Source: Octopus bimaculoides
Taxonomy: Eukaryota
NCBI RefSeq assembly: GCF_001194135.2
Contig: NC_068988.1
Span: 86,037,480-86,101,479, forward strand
DNA: 64,000 bases
Direction of reading: 5' to 3'
Shown here piece after piece: positions 12,702-24,082 of the stretch (its first letter is position 1; each line of letters begins with the position of its first letter). Under the pieces are notes generated by a model. It did not search any database, was not told the origin of the DNA, and was given only the letters and a program-made list of their open reading frames with translations. Position numbers and translations under genes: made by a program.

Positions 12702-13714
12702 NNNNNNNNNNNNNNNNNNNNNNNNNNNNNNNNNNNNNNNNNNNNNNNNNNNNNNNNNNNNNNNNNNNNNNNNNNNNNNNNNNNNNNNNNNNNNNNNNNN
12801 NNNNNNNNNNNNNNNNNNNNNNNNNNNNNNNNNNNNNNNNNNNNNNNNNNNNNNNNNNNNNNNNNNNNNNNNNNNNNNNNNNNNNNNNNNNNNNNNNNNN
12901 NNNNNNNNNNNNNNNNNNNNNNNNNNNNNNNNNNNNNNNNNNNNNNNNNNNNNNNNNNNNNNNNNNNNNNNNNNNNNNNNNNNNNNNNNNNNNNNNNNNN
13001 NNNNNNNNNNNNNNNNNNNNNNNNNNNNNNNNNNNNNNNNNNNNNNNNNNNNNNGGCTTTCTCTTCATTCTCACCTTTCCTCCTCTTTCACTTCACTCTG
13101 TCCGTTTTCTTCTTTTCTCATCCCTCCCTAATTCTTCTATCCCTCTGCCTCTACCTCTCTCTCTCTCTTCTCTCTCCACGTGACCGGTATTCGGATAAGC
13201 CTGACCTTTATTTCTTGGTTCGACTACCATCCGTGCAACATCTATATTCCTCCCTATGCCTGTCATTTTTTATGTCCCTGTCGTAAGGCTTCACTTCCAC
13301 ACACGCCAGCCTAATTTAATTCGTCCTTAGTCGAATGACACCTGTTGTTAATGTCCTTATTTTGATTTGTATTTGTGTACCCTTTCTTCATTTTTTCGTC
13401 CTTGTTTCCGTATACATTCGCTGCTTTCTTCTAAGGAATCTAGTGCTCTTAGCTTAGTTTTTCCTTGGGGCTGGCCAGATTGGAGCAATCTCCAGTATAA
13501 CCAGCCGAGATTGCAAAGATAACCTGGAACTCGACTGAAGAAAGAAAACTTCAAATTACCTGTCCATGTCTTTTTTGTATCGTCTGTCTGGATGTTTTGC
13601 GTTCTTGTCCCATTTTTGGTATTCTTATATATATATATATATATGTATATGTAAATATATAAAACCAAAAAGATAAAGAGAGCGAAGGTAAGGTTGAAGA
13701 ATTTTATGGATAGA

Positions 13715-13763
13715 GTCTTACAGCTGTTTGTGGGAAGATCCAGTACTTCCCTTCATCGGAGAC
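13715..13763 (-). ncRNA. Degenerate type-I hammerhead ribozyme motif
   Basis: Reverse complement: GTCT-CCGATGA-A-GGGAAG-tactggat-CTTCCC-acaaac-agct-GTA-AGAC. Stem I (GTCT/AGAC), stem II and palindromic stem III are intact; the core is damaged. Confidence 0.6.
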
Positions 13764-15278
13764 AGAAAAAATAAAGTAATCTATTATTATATCCATAGGC
13801 CGATAGTTTTAGTATGAAGTGGTAAAGAGTGTGATGTGCTGAAAAAAGATATGATACTACTAACTACCTTTCCCACCCATCTCTCTCCTTTATCTCTGTC
13901 CTTCGTTTATCACTCATACCCCCACCACCTATATACTACACATACGCATTCCATTCCTACTCACTCGACCTTTTAACCTCATCCCCCTATTCCTCCTTCA
14001 CTCTATATGCTCTTCCCCTCTACCCTGTTAAGACCAACTGACCATAAATATATCGCTACCATCCTCCGCCTCTATATCTTCTCTATCCCCTTCCACATTC
14101 TATCGTCTTGACTTGACCGAATTACCGCTAACTTTTCACTTGGCTTGGACATCCTTCAAGTAAACAAGCAAAAATCTATTGCAAGATGGAATATATATAC
14201 CTCTGCCACCTAAGCTATATCAACTTTCGTTCCAACATAAATTTCCGGATTATTCACACAAGGATTAANNNNNNNNNNNNNNNNNNNNNNNNNNNNNNNN
14301 NNNNNNNNNNNNNNNNNNNNNNNNNNNNNNNNNNNNNNNNNNNNNNNNNNNNNNNNNNNNNNNNNNNNNNNNNNNNNNNNNNNNNNNNNNNNNNNNNNNN
14401 NNNNNNNNNNNNNNNNNNNNNNNNNNNNNNNNNNNNNNNNNNNNNNNNNNNNNNNNNNNNNNNNNNNNNNNNNNNNNNNNNNNNNNNNNNNNNNNNNNNN
14501 NNNNNNNNNNNNNNNNNNNNNNNNNNNNNNNNNNNNNNNNNNNNNNNNNNNNNNNNNNNNNNNNNNNNNNNNNNNNNNNNNNNNNNNNNNNNNNNNNNNN
14601 NNNNNNNNNNNNNNNNNNNNNNNNNNNNNNNNNNNNNNNNNNNNNNNNNNNNNNNNNNNNNNNNNNNNNNNNNNNNNNNNNNNNNNNNNNNNNNNNNNNN
14701 NNNNNNNNNNNNNNNNNNNNNNNNNNNNNNNNNNNNNNNNNNNNNNNNNNNNNNNNNNNNNNNNNNNNNNNNNNNNNNNNNNNNNNNNNNNNNNNNNNNN
14801 NNNNNNNNNNNNNNNNNNNNNNNNNNNNNNNNNNNNNNNNNNNNNNNNNNNNNNNNNNNNNNNNNNNNNNNNNNNNNNNNNNNNNNNNNNNNNNNNNNNN
14901 NNNNNNNNNNNNNNNNNNNNNNNNNNNNNNNNNNNNNNNNNNNNNNNNNNNNNNNNNNNNNNNNNNNNNNNNNNNNNNNNNNNNNNNNNNNNNNNNNNNN
15001 NNNNNNNNNNNNNNNNNNNNNNNNNNNNNNNNNNNNNNNNNNNNNNNNNNNNNNNNNNNNNNNNNNNNNNNNNNNNNNNNNNNNNNNNNNNNNNNNNNNN
15101 NNNNNNNNNNNNNNNNNNNNNNNNNNNNNNNNNNNNNGCTCGAAGGTTATTTATCTAATTTCAGTGGAATCTATCCACTGGCTTTCAGAAATAGAGTTAT
15201 TAATATTTCTAAGTCTCTCTAAAGGAGACTACGGCAGCGGTACTGGAAATTAATAGTTATCGCCAAGCCAACATGGCA

Positions 15279-15316
15279 GTCCCAAAATTAGGACGAAAGC
15301 TGCCGTGAATTAGCTC
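15279..15316 (+). ncRNA. Half hammerhead-like motif (stem II, GAAA, stem III, CUC) lacking CUGANGA
   Basis: GTCC-caaaatta-GGAC-GAAA-GCT-gccgtgaatt-AGC-TC. Confidence 0.4.
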
Positions 15317-15469
15317 CAAGAAGCCATCGCCTCTAGCTAGCTATGTGACACACGAAACCTGTGTCCTTTATAACCTTCATATATATATATATATATGTAT
15401 GTACACAGAAAGATAGATTGATAAATATAATTGAGTGGGCAAACAAAAATATGAGACATTGCTTTGAAG

Positions 15470-15825
15470 AATTTTTTGTCGAATGAATCGAGCCCAGTGC
15501 TTTTTTATTATTTTGATAAAGCTGGTACTTATTCTATCGGTCTTTTCTTATCAAAACAATAAGTTATGGGGATGTAAATAAACCAACACCAGTTGTCAAG
15601 CAGTAATGAGGGAGAAACACAGACACAAAGACACACACATACACATACATATATACATATATATACGATGGGTTTCTTTCAGTTTCTGTCTACGAAATCC
15701 ACTCACAAGGCTTTGGTTGGTCTCAGGCGATAGCAGAAGACACATGCCAACTTACCACACAGTGGGACTGAACCCAGGACCATGTGGTTTGGAACCAAGT
15801 TTCTTACCACACAGTCACACATGTA
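15470..15825 (-). mobile_element. SINE family A
   Basis: Reverse-complement match to the family-A body and head. Confidence 0.8.
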
Positions 15826-15893
15826 TATATATATATATATATATACATACATGTGTGACTGTGTGGTAAGAAACTTGGTTCCAAATCAAAAGT

Positions 15894-16654
15894 AACATAA
15901 TTAATGTCATTTATCGATTAGTTCAAAACCATTTAAACAAGGATAATAAGTATAGCGAAATTATTAATTGTAAATCCATAAGAGCTGTCATTCCTTGTCA
16001 ATGAATCTTTTTAGAATCATATCCTCAATTAATAATAGAAAATTAGATATTTTTTATAAAAATCGAATTTCAAATAAAAATGATATTAAGACAATTTATA
16101 ATGATAGAAGGCAAATAACCCATATTGACTCCCTTTCTAACCCAAATAATATGAATAATAATACTATTAATGATGTAAATGAAAATAATGGAAATAATAA
16201 GCGTAGGAATTGTATACATAATGATGTTAATAAAAATTGTGATTTGAGGATTAAAGAAAATTGTAAACTTAACAATAATTATAAACAAGTTACTCTGGTA
16301 TATAGGTGTGTAGTTGAATCTGAAGAGAAGGAATACTATTGCATAGGGTCAACCGAAACTCAATTTGAACGAAGAATTGCGAACCATGAGAGTTGTTTTA
16401 GAAATAAGCATAAAATCAATAATACTAGTCTCAACAAATTTATATGGATGTTAAGAGATAATGGGAAAAATTATAAAATTAAATGGAAGGTTGTAAACCA
16501 TGCCAGAGCTTATCAAATTTCAGACAGTAAATGTGAATTATGCACAGAAGAAATTTTTCAAATAATAAAATCTAAACATAGATTGATTAACTCTAGGAAA
16601 GAAAATATTTTAGCTTGTCACGACTCGAAATATGTTTTTAGAAAATTTGATTAA
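15894..16654 (+). mobile_element. Penelope-like element C-terminal fragment: thumb remnant, Asn-rich linker and GIY-YIG endonuclease (open ORF 15995-16654)
   Basis: LVYRC...YYCIGSTETQFERRIANHESCF...TSLNKFIW...IKWKVV...CELCTEE...LINSRKE. An upstream frame gives NIINVIYRLVQNHLNKDNKYSEIINCKSI, resembling PLE post-RT sequence. Confidence 0.8.
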
Positions 16655-17090
16655 TAAATAAATAATAAATAACAAAACTGAACATTACAAATTGATTAAC
16701 TCGGGAAGAGCGAATATTTTAACTTGTTGGAATTAATCTAAATGTATCTTAAAAACTTTTTAAAAATTTAATAAATAAAAATAAAAATAAACATTAACGA
16801 TATAAAGTATAATATAATAAGTATAACTTAATTAACAAATCAAACATAGGATAAAAATAATATAAATATAAATAATATATACTATATATTATACAATATA
16901 ATACTTAAATACCAATTTAATAATAATAATGAGTATTGATCTATATTAATTAATCAGATAATATAATACATCTTATTTTAGATGAAAATATAAATCTATC
17001 GATAACACTAATCTTGATGACGTAATACACTTAATGTATCTACGTACTAATCTTAAATGCGTGTAACGTAAGCCCGCATTCATATGTGTC

Positions 17091-17138
<48 letters not shown>

Positions 17139-17141
<3 letters not shown>

Positions 17142-17411
17142 GTCACTAAAGTGATAAAGGGCACTAATCAGCACCAGTATTGCTAGAAATAAGTATCAAA
17201 ACCATTCAGTAGTCAGAGAAATCTCTATCCTAATGACTGAGAAGGGAGGTAATCTCCCTTATAGCAGCGGACAGCCGATGTCCGCTGTTGTAGGGAACTT
17301 GCCTCCCTTGTCAGTCATTAAGATAGTGATTTCGTGACTATTGAGTTGTTTTGACTCTTAATTTTAGCAATACTGGTGCTAATTAGTGCCCTTTATCACA
17401 TTAGTGATGTC
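17139..17411. mobile_element. 273-bp fully palindromic (fold-back) MITE in a TA target
   Basis: gacgtcactaaagtgataaagggcactaatcagcaccagtattgcta pairs with tagcaatactggtgctaattagtgccctttatcacattagtgatgtc; central stem agcagcggaca/tgtccgctgtt; TA on both flanks. Confidence 0.85.
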
Positions 17412-17544
17412 TATATTTCTGCCTTTAGGTTGCAAAACTGCGAATAAGTCACCTATATTACTTATATAGATAATGAATACATAAGGTGGTGCCCCAGCAT
17501 GGCCGCAGTCTAATGGCTGAAACAAGTAAAAGATAAAAGTTGTA

Positions 17545-18194
17545 GGATCTATTTCAAAACGGGGGCACCAGTATTTTCTTAACGAAACACTAACGAAACA
17601 CTTTCAAACTTGGGACACTGGTAGAATGTGTCATATAAAACATCCTTTACTCTTAGTCTTCTTAACAAAAAGATGTACATCGCAAGTTATTCCATGTTAA
17701 AGTTGTCGTATTTCTGTAATTTCAACCAACCACTGACGTCTATTCAGCTGAATAGAGTTACTGCTGGGCGGTCATAAAAATGTTATTCCCTGTGACATAT
17801 TTCATCCGGTTTAATCGTAATTTATACGCATATATTGTTTATATAATAAATTACGCTGTGCGTATCTATGTGTGTAACAATTTTAGAGTTCGGATTCTAG
17901 AGTTAGGGTTAGTTTTAGGATTAGGGCTAGGGTTAACAGTCTAGTTAGGGTTAGGGGGTTAATACGATATACAGCGTTACAGCGCTAACTGTTTTCAACT
18001 GAATAGACGTCAGTGATTAGTAGAAATTATTGAAATAAGACAATTTTTTTACATGAAATAAATTCGAATACAAAAATTTTTTTCTGTTCTATAACACAAA
18101 ATAGATAAGTATACGAAGTTTGAAAGTCTTTCGGTACCAAAAACACTACATAAAACATAAATGAAAACTGGCGCCCCCGTTTTGAAATAGATCC
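17545..18194. mobile_element. Non-autonomous DNA transposon (Merlin-like) with internal TTAGGG tract
   Basis: 28-bp TIR ggatctatttcaaaacgggggc(a/g)ccagt; exact 8-bp TSD aagttgta at 17537-17544 and 18195-18202; telomere-like repeats at ~17885-17960. Confidence 0.85.
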
Positions 18195-18336
18195 AAGTTG
18201 TATATAATGTTTGGATGTATTTTGCTTACAACAGTCGTTGAAGTTATTTGGGATGTAAACGATGAGTATACAGAGGAAGTAATAACAACAAGCAGCAGAT
18301 GGATGTGCTAAAAAAACAAATGTGACAGTAAATAAT

Positions 18337-18645
18337 GGCACTCCGTCGGTTGCGACGACGAAGGTTCCAGTTGATCGATCCAATCAATGGAATAACTTGC
18401 TCGTGAAATTAACGTGCATGTGGCTGAGCGGCCCACAGACACGTGTACCCTTAACGTAGTCCTCAAGGAGGTGACAAGGCTGGCCCCTTTGAAATACAGA
18501 TACTACTCATTTTTGCCAGCTGAGTGGACTGGAGCAATGTGCAATAAACTGTCTTGCTCAAGGACACAATGCGTCACCGGGAATTGAACTCATAACCTTA
18601 TGATCATGAGCCGTATGCCCTAACCATTAAGCCACGCGCCTTCAC
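18337..18645 (-). mobile_element. tRNA-derived SINE, family B
   Basis: Reverse-complement head gtgaaggcgcgtggcttaatggttaggg...gagttcaattccc; flanking duplication (c)agtaaataat(g). Confidence 0.85.
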
Positions 18646-19299
18646 AGTAAATAATGATAAATAACAAAATAAATAACTACTGACTGGAAGTCTTGTTGCA
18701 GGTATAAATTTCGAGTATTATCAGACAGAATGATTTGTGTTCTCATTGTCAAGGTGTAACTCGAAAAAGAACGATTATATATTCCTTTACTGCTCATAGA
18801 AAATAAACATAATTCCACGTTTCTAACACTTCTCTATAGTTTAAATCAAGTTTGTGCTTCCTTTCGAATCTGGCGGTTGAACTTATTGTTTAGTCGATCC
18901 AAAGGACATCCGGTGAATTCAAATAGAGAATTCTAAGGGGAAAATTTCATGTGTTATTTTGATTAAAGGACAATTTTGGTTCAGAATATAGCTATGACTT
19001 GTTAGCTTGTTATTCTAACAAGAAGTTCGGGCCTCATCAGACAACCTATCAATTGACTCCCTACCTCCTCTTCCCACTGAAATGTTCCTTGTTTCTCTGC
19101 CGCTATGCACCTGATTGACACCAATATCTGGGATTTGAGGTTTTTTGGGGTTTTTTTGCCCACCCCTGTGACTCATATTCGGCTCACAAATCAGGGAAAG
19201 ACTTCTAAAACTCAATCTATGGACAAATCGTATGATAACAGGGTCGAGAAACTTTGGCAAAATATTCTGGGAGTCACACAACTTGGGCACAGGTACCAA

Positions 19300-20400
19300 C
19301 CAACCACCAACTTGTCAGTCAGTGAGAAATCTATCGTTAAGTCAAGAAACATTAATAATTTCTATTCCTTCCGTAAGACAAAAGAAGAAAATGTTGTGTG
19401 TGCTCAATGGTAATGTATGCAATCATGCAGATCTCTTTAATCCCGCACAATAAGCTACCTACCTTCAATGTCGCTGTGCCACCGCATGTAGGATGATGAT
19501 CCGGTGCAACGATCTGTACAACAATACCTCTGGAGGCATGAAACTCAGCATACATACGTACTACAGCTTCTTGATGAATCTTTCCTTCAGGCTACAATTT
19601 CACTGTCTCATGAAGTCCTGCAAAAAGTCTTGTAATCTCGGGCAATAAAATTCTCTCTGTTATTGTTTGGATCAGGTCCTTGCTTCAGAAAATAGGATGG
19701 TTCTTTTTGTGGCTACTCAAATCGCTCATTCTATACATATCAGAACACATGGAGAGCAGCTGAAGACACCAGAACAAACTCACTCAAGATACATCAATGG
19801 ACAATGACTACGTCTTCCGCATAGATGTACTCTCCATGTACACCAATATACTACCAGCAGAAACCATCCAATCGCTCCAGATTTCCTCTCAACAAGCCTC
19901 AGTGCCTTTCGAGTAATCGTTACTGCAAATATGTTCTTCGCTGAGGAAATACCGCCACCTACAGGCAGTCCAGTATCTTTAGGTTGGATCCGCACTCAGC
20001 GAATCGTGGTCACAAACGCTGAACAGTCTAGAACGTATTTTACTGTAACGAAGGTATGTGAACGACACGTCGTGACTATTTTTCTGAGACGAGGCCATAA
20101 AAATTTGCGAGGCTTTTAATGCCTGCCATAGTTTGATACTGAATATCCAGTTGCAAAGAGGTTCTTCAAGCTTGCTCGACTTCACCGCTTCCTTCCATTC
20201 AATGCAGACCCAAATTCACTTCTGTAAGGAGATTCCTACCAGATTTTTCATAATTACAGAGCCAAAAATAATGAAACGTTGTGTTACAACGAATGAATCC
20301 GTCAGCCACAAGCCTAGATGCGGTAAAACCATGCATGCAAGCTCCATAAAGAAAAATTTCGTCGACCATATTTTATGAAACTAGTATATGCCACGAACTG
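19300..20400 (+). pseudogene. Degenerate Penelope-like reverse transcriptase
   Basis: One frame (19797-20378, with stops) gives IDVLSMYTNI, VGSALSESWSQTLNSLE, RRYVNDT, FNACHSLI and SSSLLDF. These match PLE RT motifs DVxSLYTNIP, MGSPLS, RYVDD, FNxxHPxI and LPFLDV. The 5' boundary is approximate. Confidence 0.7.
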
Positions 20401-20666
20401 AGACAAACAAACCATAGCCAGACAGGGGTGGTGGCAGAGAAAAAAGAGACAGTGATAAAAAGAACAAAAAAAAACAGGATATAGATCAAATTGCCCAAGT
20501 ATGTTGATCGTCAGGCAAGATTAAAGAGACGTCTAAAGAGGTCTGAACTCCTTCTTAAAAGTGTAACCAGACTCTGAGACAATGCATGTCCTCTAACTGG
20601 AATAAGAACTCACACATCGGAAACCTGTCGCTTTAGTTGCTGTCCAATCAGATCAGAAAACGAAAC

Positions 20667-20718
<52 letters not shown>

Positions 20719-20804
20719 ACACACACACACAAACACGCACATAACACACACACAAATACACACACACATATATATACATACATTCATAAATATATATGTG
20801 TGTA

Positions 20805-20851
<47 letters not shown>

Positions 20852-21542
20852 ACTTGGGGATGGTCATGTTGCCAGTTTAGCCAATAAAAACACACGCACT
20901 GTATATTTGGTGTTAATTTTTTTTTTTCAGCTTTATATTACATTAATCTTAATCTTAATCTTATTAAGNNNNNNNNNNNNNNNNNNNNNNNNNNNNNNNN
21001 NNNNNNNNNNNNNNNNNNNNNNNNNNNNNNNNNNNNNNNNNNNNNNNNNNNNNNNNNNNNNNNNNNNNNNNNNNNNNNNNNNNNNNNNNNNNNNNNNNNN
21101 NNNNNNNNNNNNNNNNNNNNNNNNNNNNNNNNNNNNNNNNNNNNNNNNNNNNNNNNNNNNNNNNNNNNNNNNNNNNNNNNNNNNNNNNNNNNNNNNNNNN
21201 NNNNNNNNNNNNNNNNNNNNNNNNNNNNNNNNNNNNNNNNNNNNNNNNNNNNNNNNNNNNNNNNNNNNNNNNNTATATATAAGTATTATTGCCGTTATGT
21301 ATAGTATATGCCACCAACTGAAACAAACAAACCACCTGCTATTGGTGTTAGCCAGACAGTGGTGGTGGCAGAGAAAAAAGAGACAGTGATAAAATGAACA
21401 GAAAAAGCAGGATATAGATCAAATGGCCCAAGTATGGTAATCGCCAGGCAAGATTAAAGAGCTGTCTAAGGAGGTCTAAACTCCTTCCTTAATGCGTAAC
21501 CACACTCTGAGACAATATATATATAAATACATACATACACAC

Positions 21543-21591
<49 letters not shown>

Positions 21592-22391
21592 NNNNNNNNN
21601 NCTCGCAAACGCACCCGTCCTTTGGACGGTTGAAGTTACTTTGGTGGTATTTTTTCACCAAATAATTGAACTACCGAGAATGTTTATGAGTAGCACGACG
21701 ATCTATGGTTCCGATTAACCTAGGAACGGAAAATCAAATTGAAGACTGGTTATTGTGGAGGTCGTTACACTTTAATGATCATAAAACATATAAGTTTGCA
21801 AGTGATACAATGTAGAGTTACTGAAATGTTTTGGGAGTAGATTACGGATAATGACTACAAAATATCATTGTTTTACATGAAAGCGAAATTTCTTGTCAAA
21901 AACAGTCACGTAAATGGTGTAAGGAAATTGAAGGGAGACGTTGAAACTTCCCTTCTGCGTGTTTAATTTTATTCAACAGCAAAGGGAGCTATATTTTCGG
22001 AGAGAAGTATAAGTGGTACTTTCAAAAAGTACCACTTATACAATACTTACTTGAAAAAGTAGAGTTAAAGTAATGTATTTTTAATCATTTCTCTGAAAAT
22101 GCATTGTTTCTATTCCTTTTTATTTATTTTTTTTTTAATTTTTATTTTTAAAATTCAATATCTTTGCTTTTTGTTGATTTCTTTCTCTTATAAGTCTGTT
22201 CTCAGTTACCCGACGAACTCTATGTATGTATGTATGCATGTATGTATGTAGGTGCATATGTATGTACGAATGTACGTGTTCATGTGAGAGAAATGTATGT
22301 ATATATCTATGTGTGTATGTTTGTATGTATGTATCTATGTGTCTATCTGTATATGTATGTATGAATGTGCACGTGTGTATATGCGCATGTA

Positions 22392-23395
22392 CGAAGGGAT
22401 GAGGAAAAGTTCCTGGTATTAAGGGTATTGCGAAAGGGCAGAGCTGCTACCTTTACGGGAGATGTAGGACCAATACTTAGAAGATATGCAAAAAATCATG
22501 ACGGTATACAATATATCTTTCTCCTTTTTGCAGATTTAACATAATGGCAGCTCCTACTGTGGATTTTGGTAAAATTGAAGTACGGGTGGTCATGAAGTTC
22601 TTCTTTTCGCAAGGCAAAGGAGTGGCGAAAATCCATGGTAAGATGAAGGAAGTCTTGAAGGATGGATGCTGGTCATTTTGAGGTCATAGATAAAGTCCAG
22701 TCAGGACGACCAACTTCTGCAACCAGAGAGTTCAAAGCCAATGCTGTGCACGTCATGATTCTCGAGGACCGCCAGATTTCAGCTAAAGTCATAGCTGAGA
22801 TTCTGGGGGTTTCCTGCGAAAGAGTTAGCCACATCATCCACAACATGAGAAAGCTTTCTACAAAATGGGTGCCGAAATGCCTGAACGCAGATCAGAAGTG
22901 CGTCAGACTGACGACATCAAAAGCGATTGTGGACCGGTTTTCAGTAGGATAGGCTGATTTTATGGCTCGTTCAGTCATTATGGATGGAACTTGGCTCCAT
23001 CATTATGATCCCCAGACCCAGCAGCAATAAATGGAGTGGTATTACAGCGATTCACCGCATCCCAAGAAGTTTCAGACGCAGAAGTCAACTGGAAAGAATC
23101 TGGTTTTAGTGTTCTGCAACAAAGAACATGCTCATAGCATGCTTGCCAAAGGGTCGCTCGCACCATTAACGTAGAATACTACATAGCTTTGTTGGACGAA
23201 CTGCGTGAAGCTTTGAAGCAGAAACCCATAGAAAGCTGAGGTGGGGTGTCCTGTTTTTGCAGAACAGTGCACCAGCACACACAGCACATGAAACTCTACG
23301 GAAAATATGCGACTTCGGCTTCGAATTGGTAGACCACTCACCTTAATTTCCTGACTTGGCCCCCTCTGCAAGAACGTATATTCCGGGTCTTCTAG
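22392..23395 (+). mobile_element. Degenerate mariner (DD34D-type) transposon
   Basis: TA-cgaaggg start; KIEVRVVMKFFF, SGRPTS, KLSTKWVPKCL, IMDGTWLHHYDP and HSP*FPDLAPS; stops and frameshifts. Confidence 0.85.
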
Positions 23396-23732
23396 GTGTG
23401 CGCTGCGCACCCATCGAAAATGGCAAATTCATTACAAATATTAACCTTACTCATTAATTTAATCACAAATCTTAATGGAAAACTTTTGTTATACCCCTGC
23501 TTGGAATTTTGTGGCATTGGGTGTGGCAGCACACCCAGTACAACAACCACCATACGCCACTGCTGTCGGGACACTGATGGTCCAGAACCTCTTATAAAGC
23601 ATATTAACCTATGAGTAGGAACTTCAGATTCCCGCGGCAGCCTAACTAGTTGATTAGTACCTTGCGTAGAACAGTTTTAATAAACTTTATCATTTATATT
23701 AATGTAGAGCTACCTATATTTCATTTATTTAT

Positions 23733-24082
23733 CTCAATCATTAGACTACGGCCATGCTGGGCTAGCGCCTTGATGAATTTTTAGTCGAATGTACCTGGTA
23801 CTTATGCAATCGGTCTTCTTTGCCGAACCGCTAAGTTAATGGGGCGTAAACACACCAGTACCGGTTGTGAAGCAGTGTTAGGGGACAAACACACACACAT
23901 ACACACATATATCTACATACATACACAACAGGCTTCTTTCATTTCCCGTCTACCAAATTCAGTCACAAGGCTTTTGTTGGCCCGAGGGTATAATAGAAGA
24001 TACTTGCTCAAGGTACTAAGCAATGGGACAGAACCCAGAACCATGTGGTTAGGAAGCAAGCTTCGTACCACACAGCCACGCC
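23733..24082 (-). mobile_element. SINE family A
   Basis: Reverse-complement match; diverged but many CpGs kept. Confidence 0.8.

Noticed and set aside
13518-13570. CTGAAGA-aagaaaacttc-aaat as another hammerhead
   Set aside because: No GAAA and no consistent stem I or NUH could be assigned.
9516-15253. Long ORFs in the track spanning N-runs (e.g. 378, 371 and 355 aa) and similar ones at 5.6, 21, 30, 33, 35, 53 and 61 kb
   Set aside because: They are open only because N codons cannot be stops; the flanks are microsatellites or SINEs.
16995-17070. ttgatga-cgta...tacg hairpin downstream of the GIY-YIG ORF as a hammerhead
   Set aside because: The position is suggestive, but GAAA does not follow stem II and stem I cannot be paired.
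19931-20378. piggyBac/PGBD-like reading of 19-20 kb
   Set aside because: A single alternative frame gives five ordered Penelope RT motifs, a much better explanation.
15894-20400. GIY-YIG followed by RT as one permuted (EN-first) PLE
   Set aside because: The EN ORF is preceded by post-RT thumb-like sequence and ends in its own tail; the RT relic is far more decayed and separated by unrelated elements.
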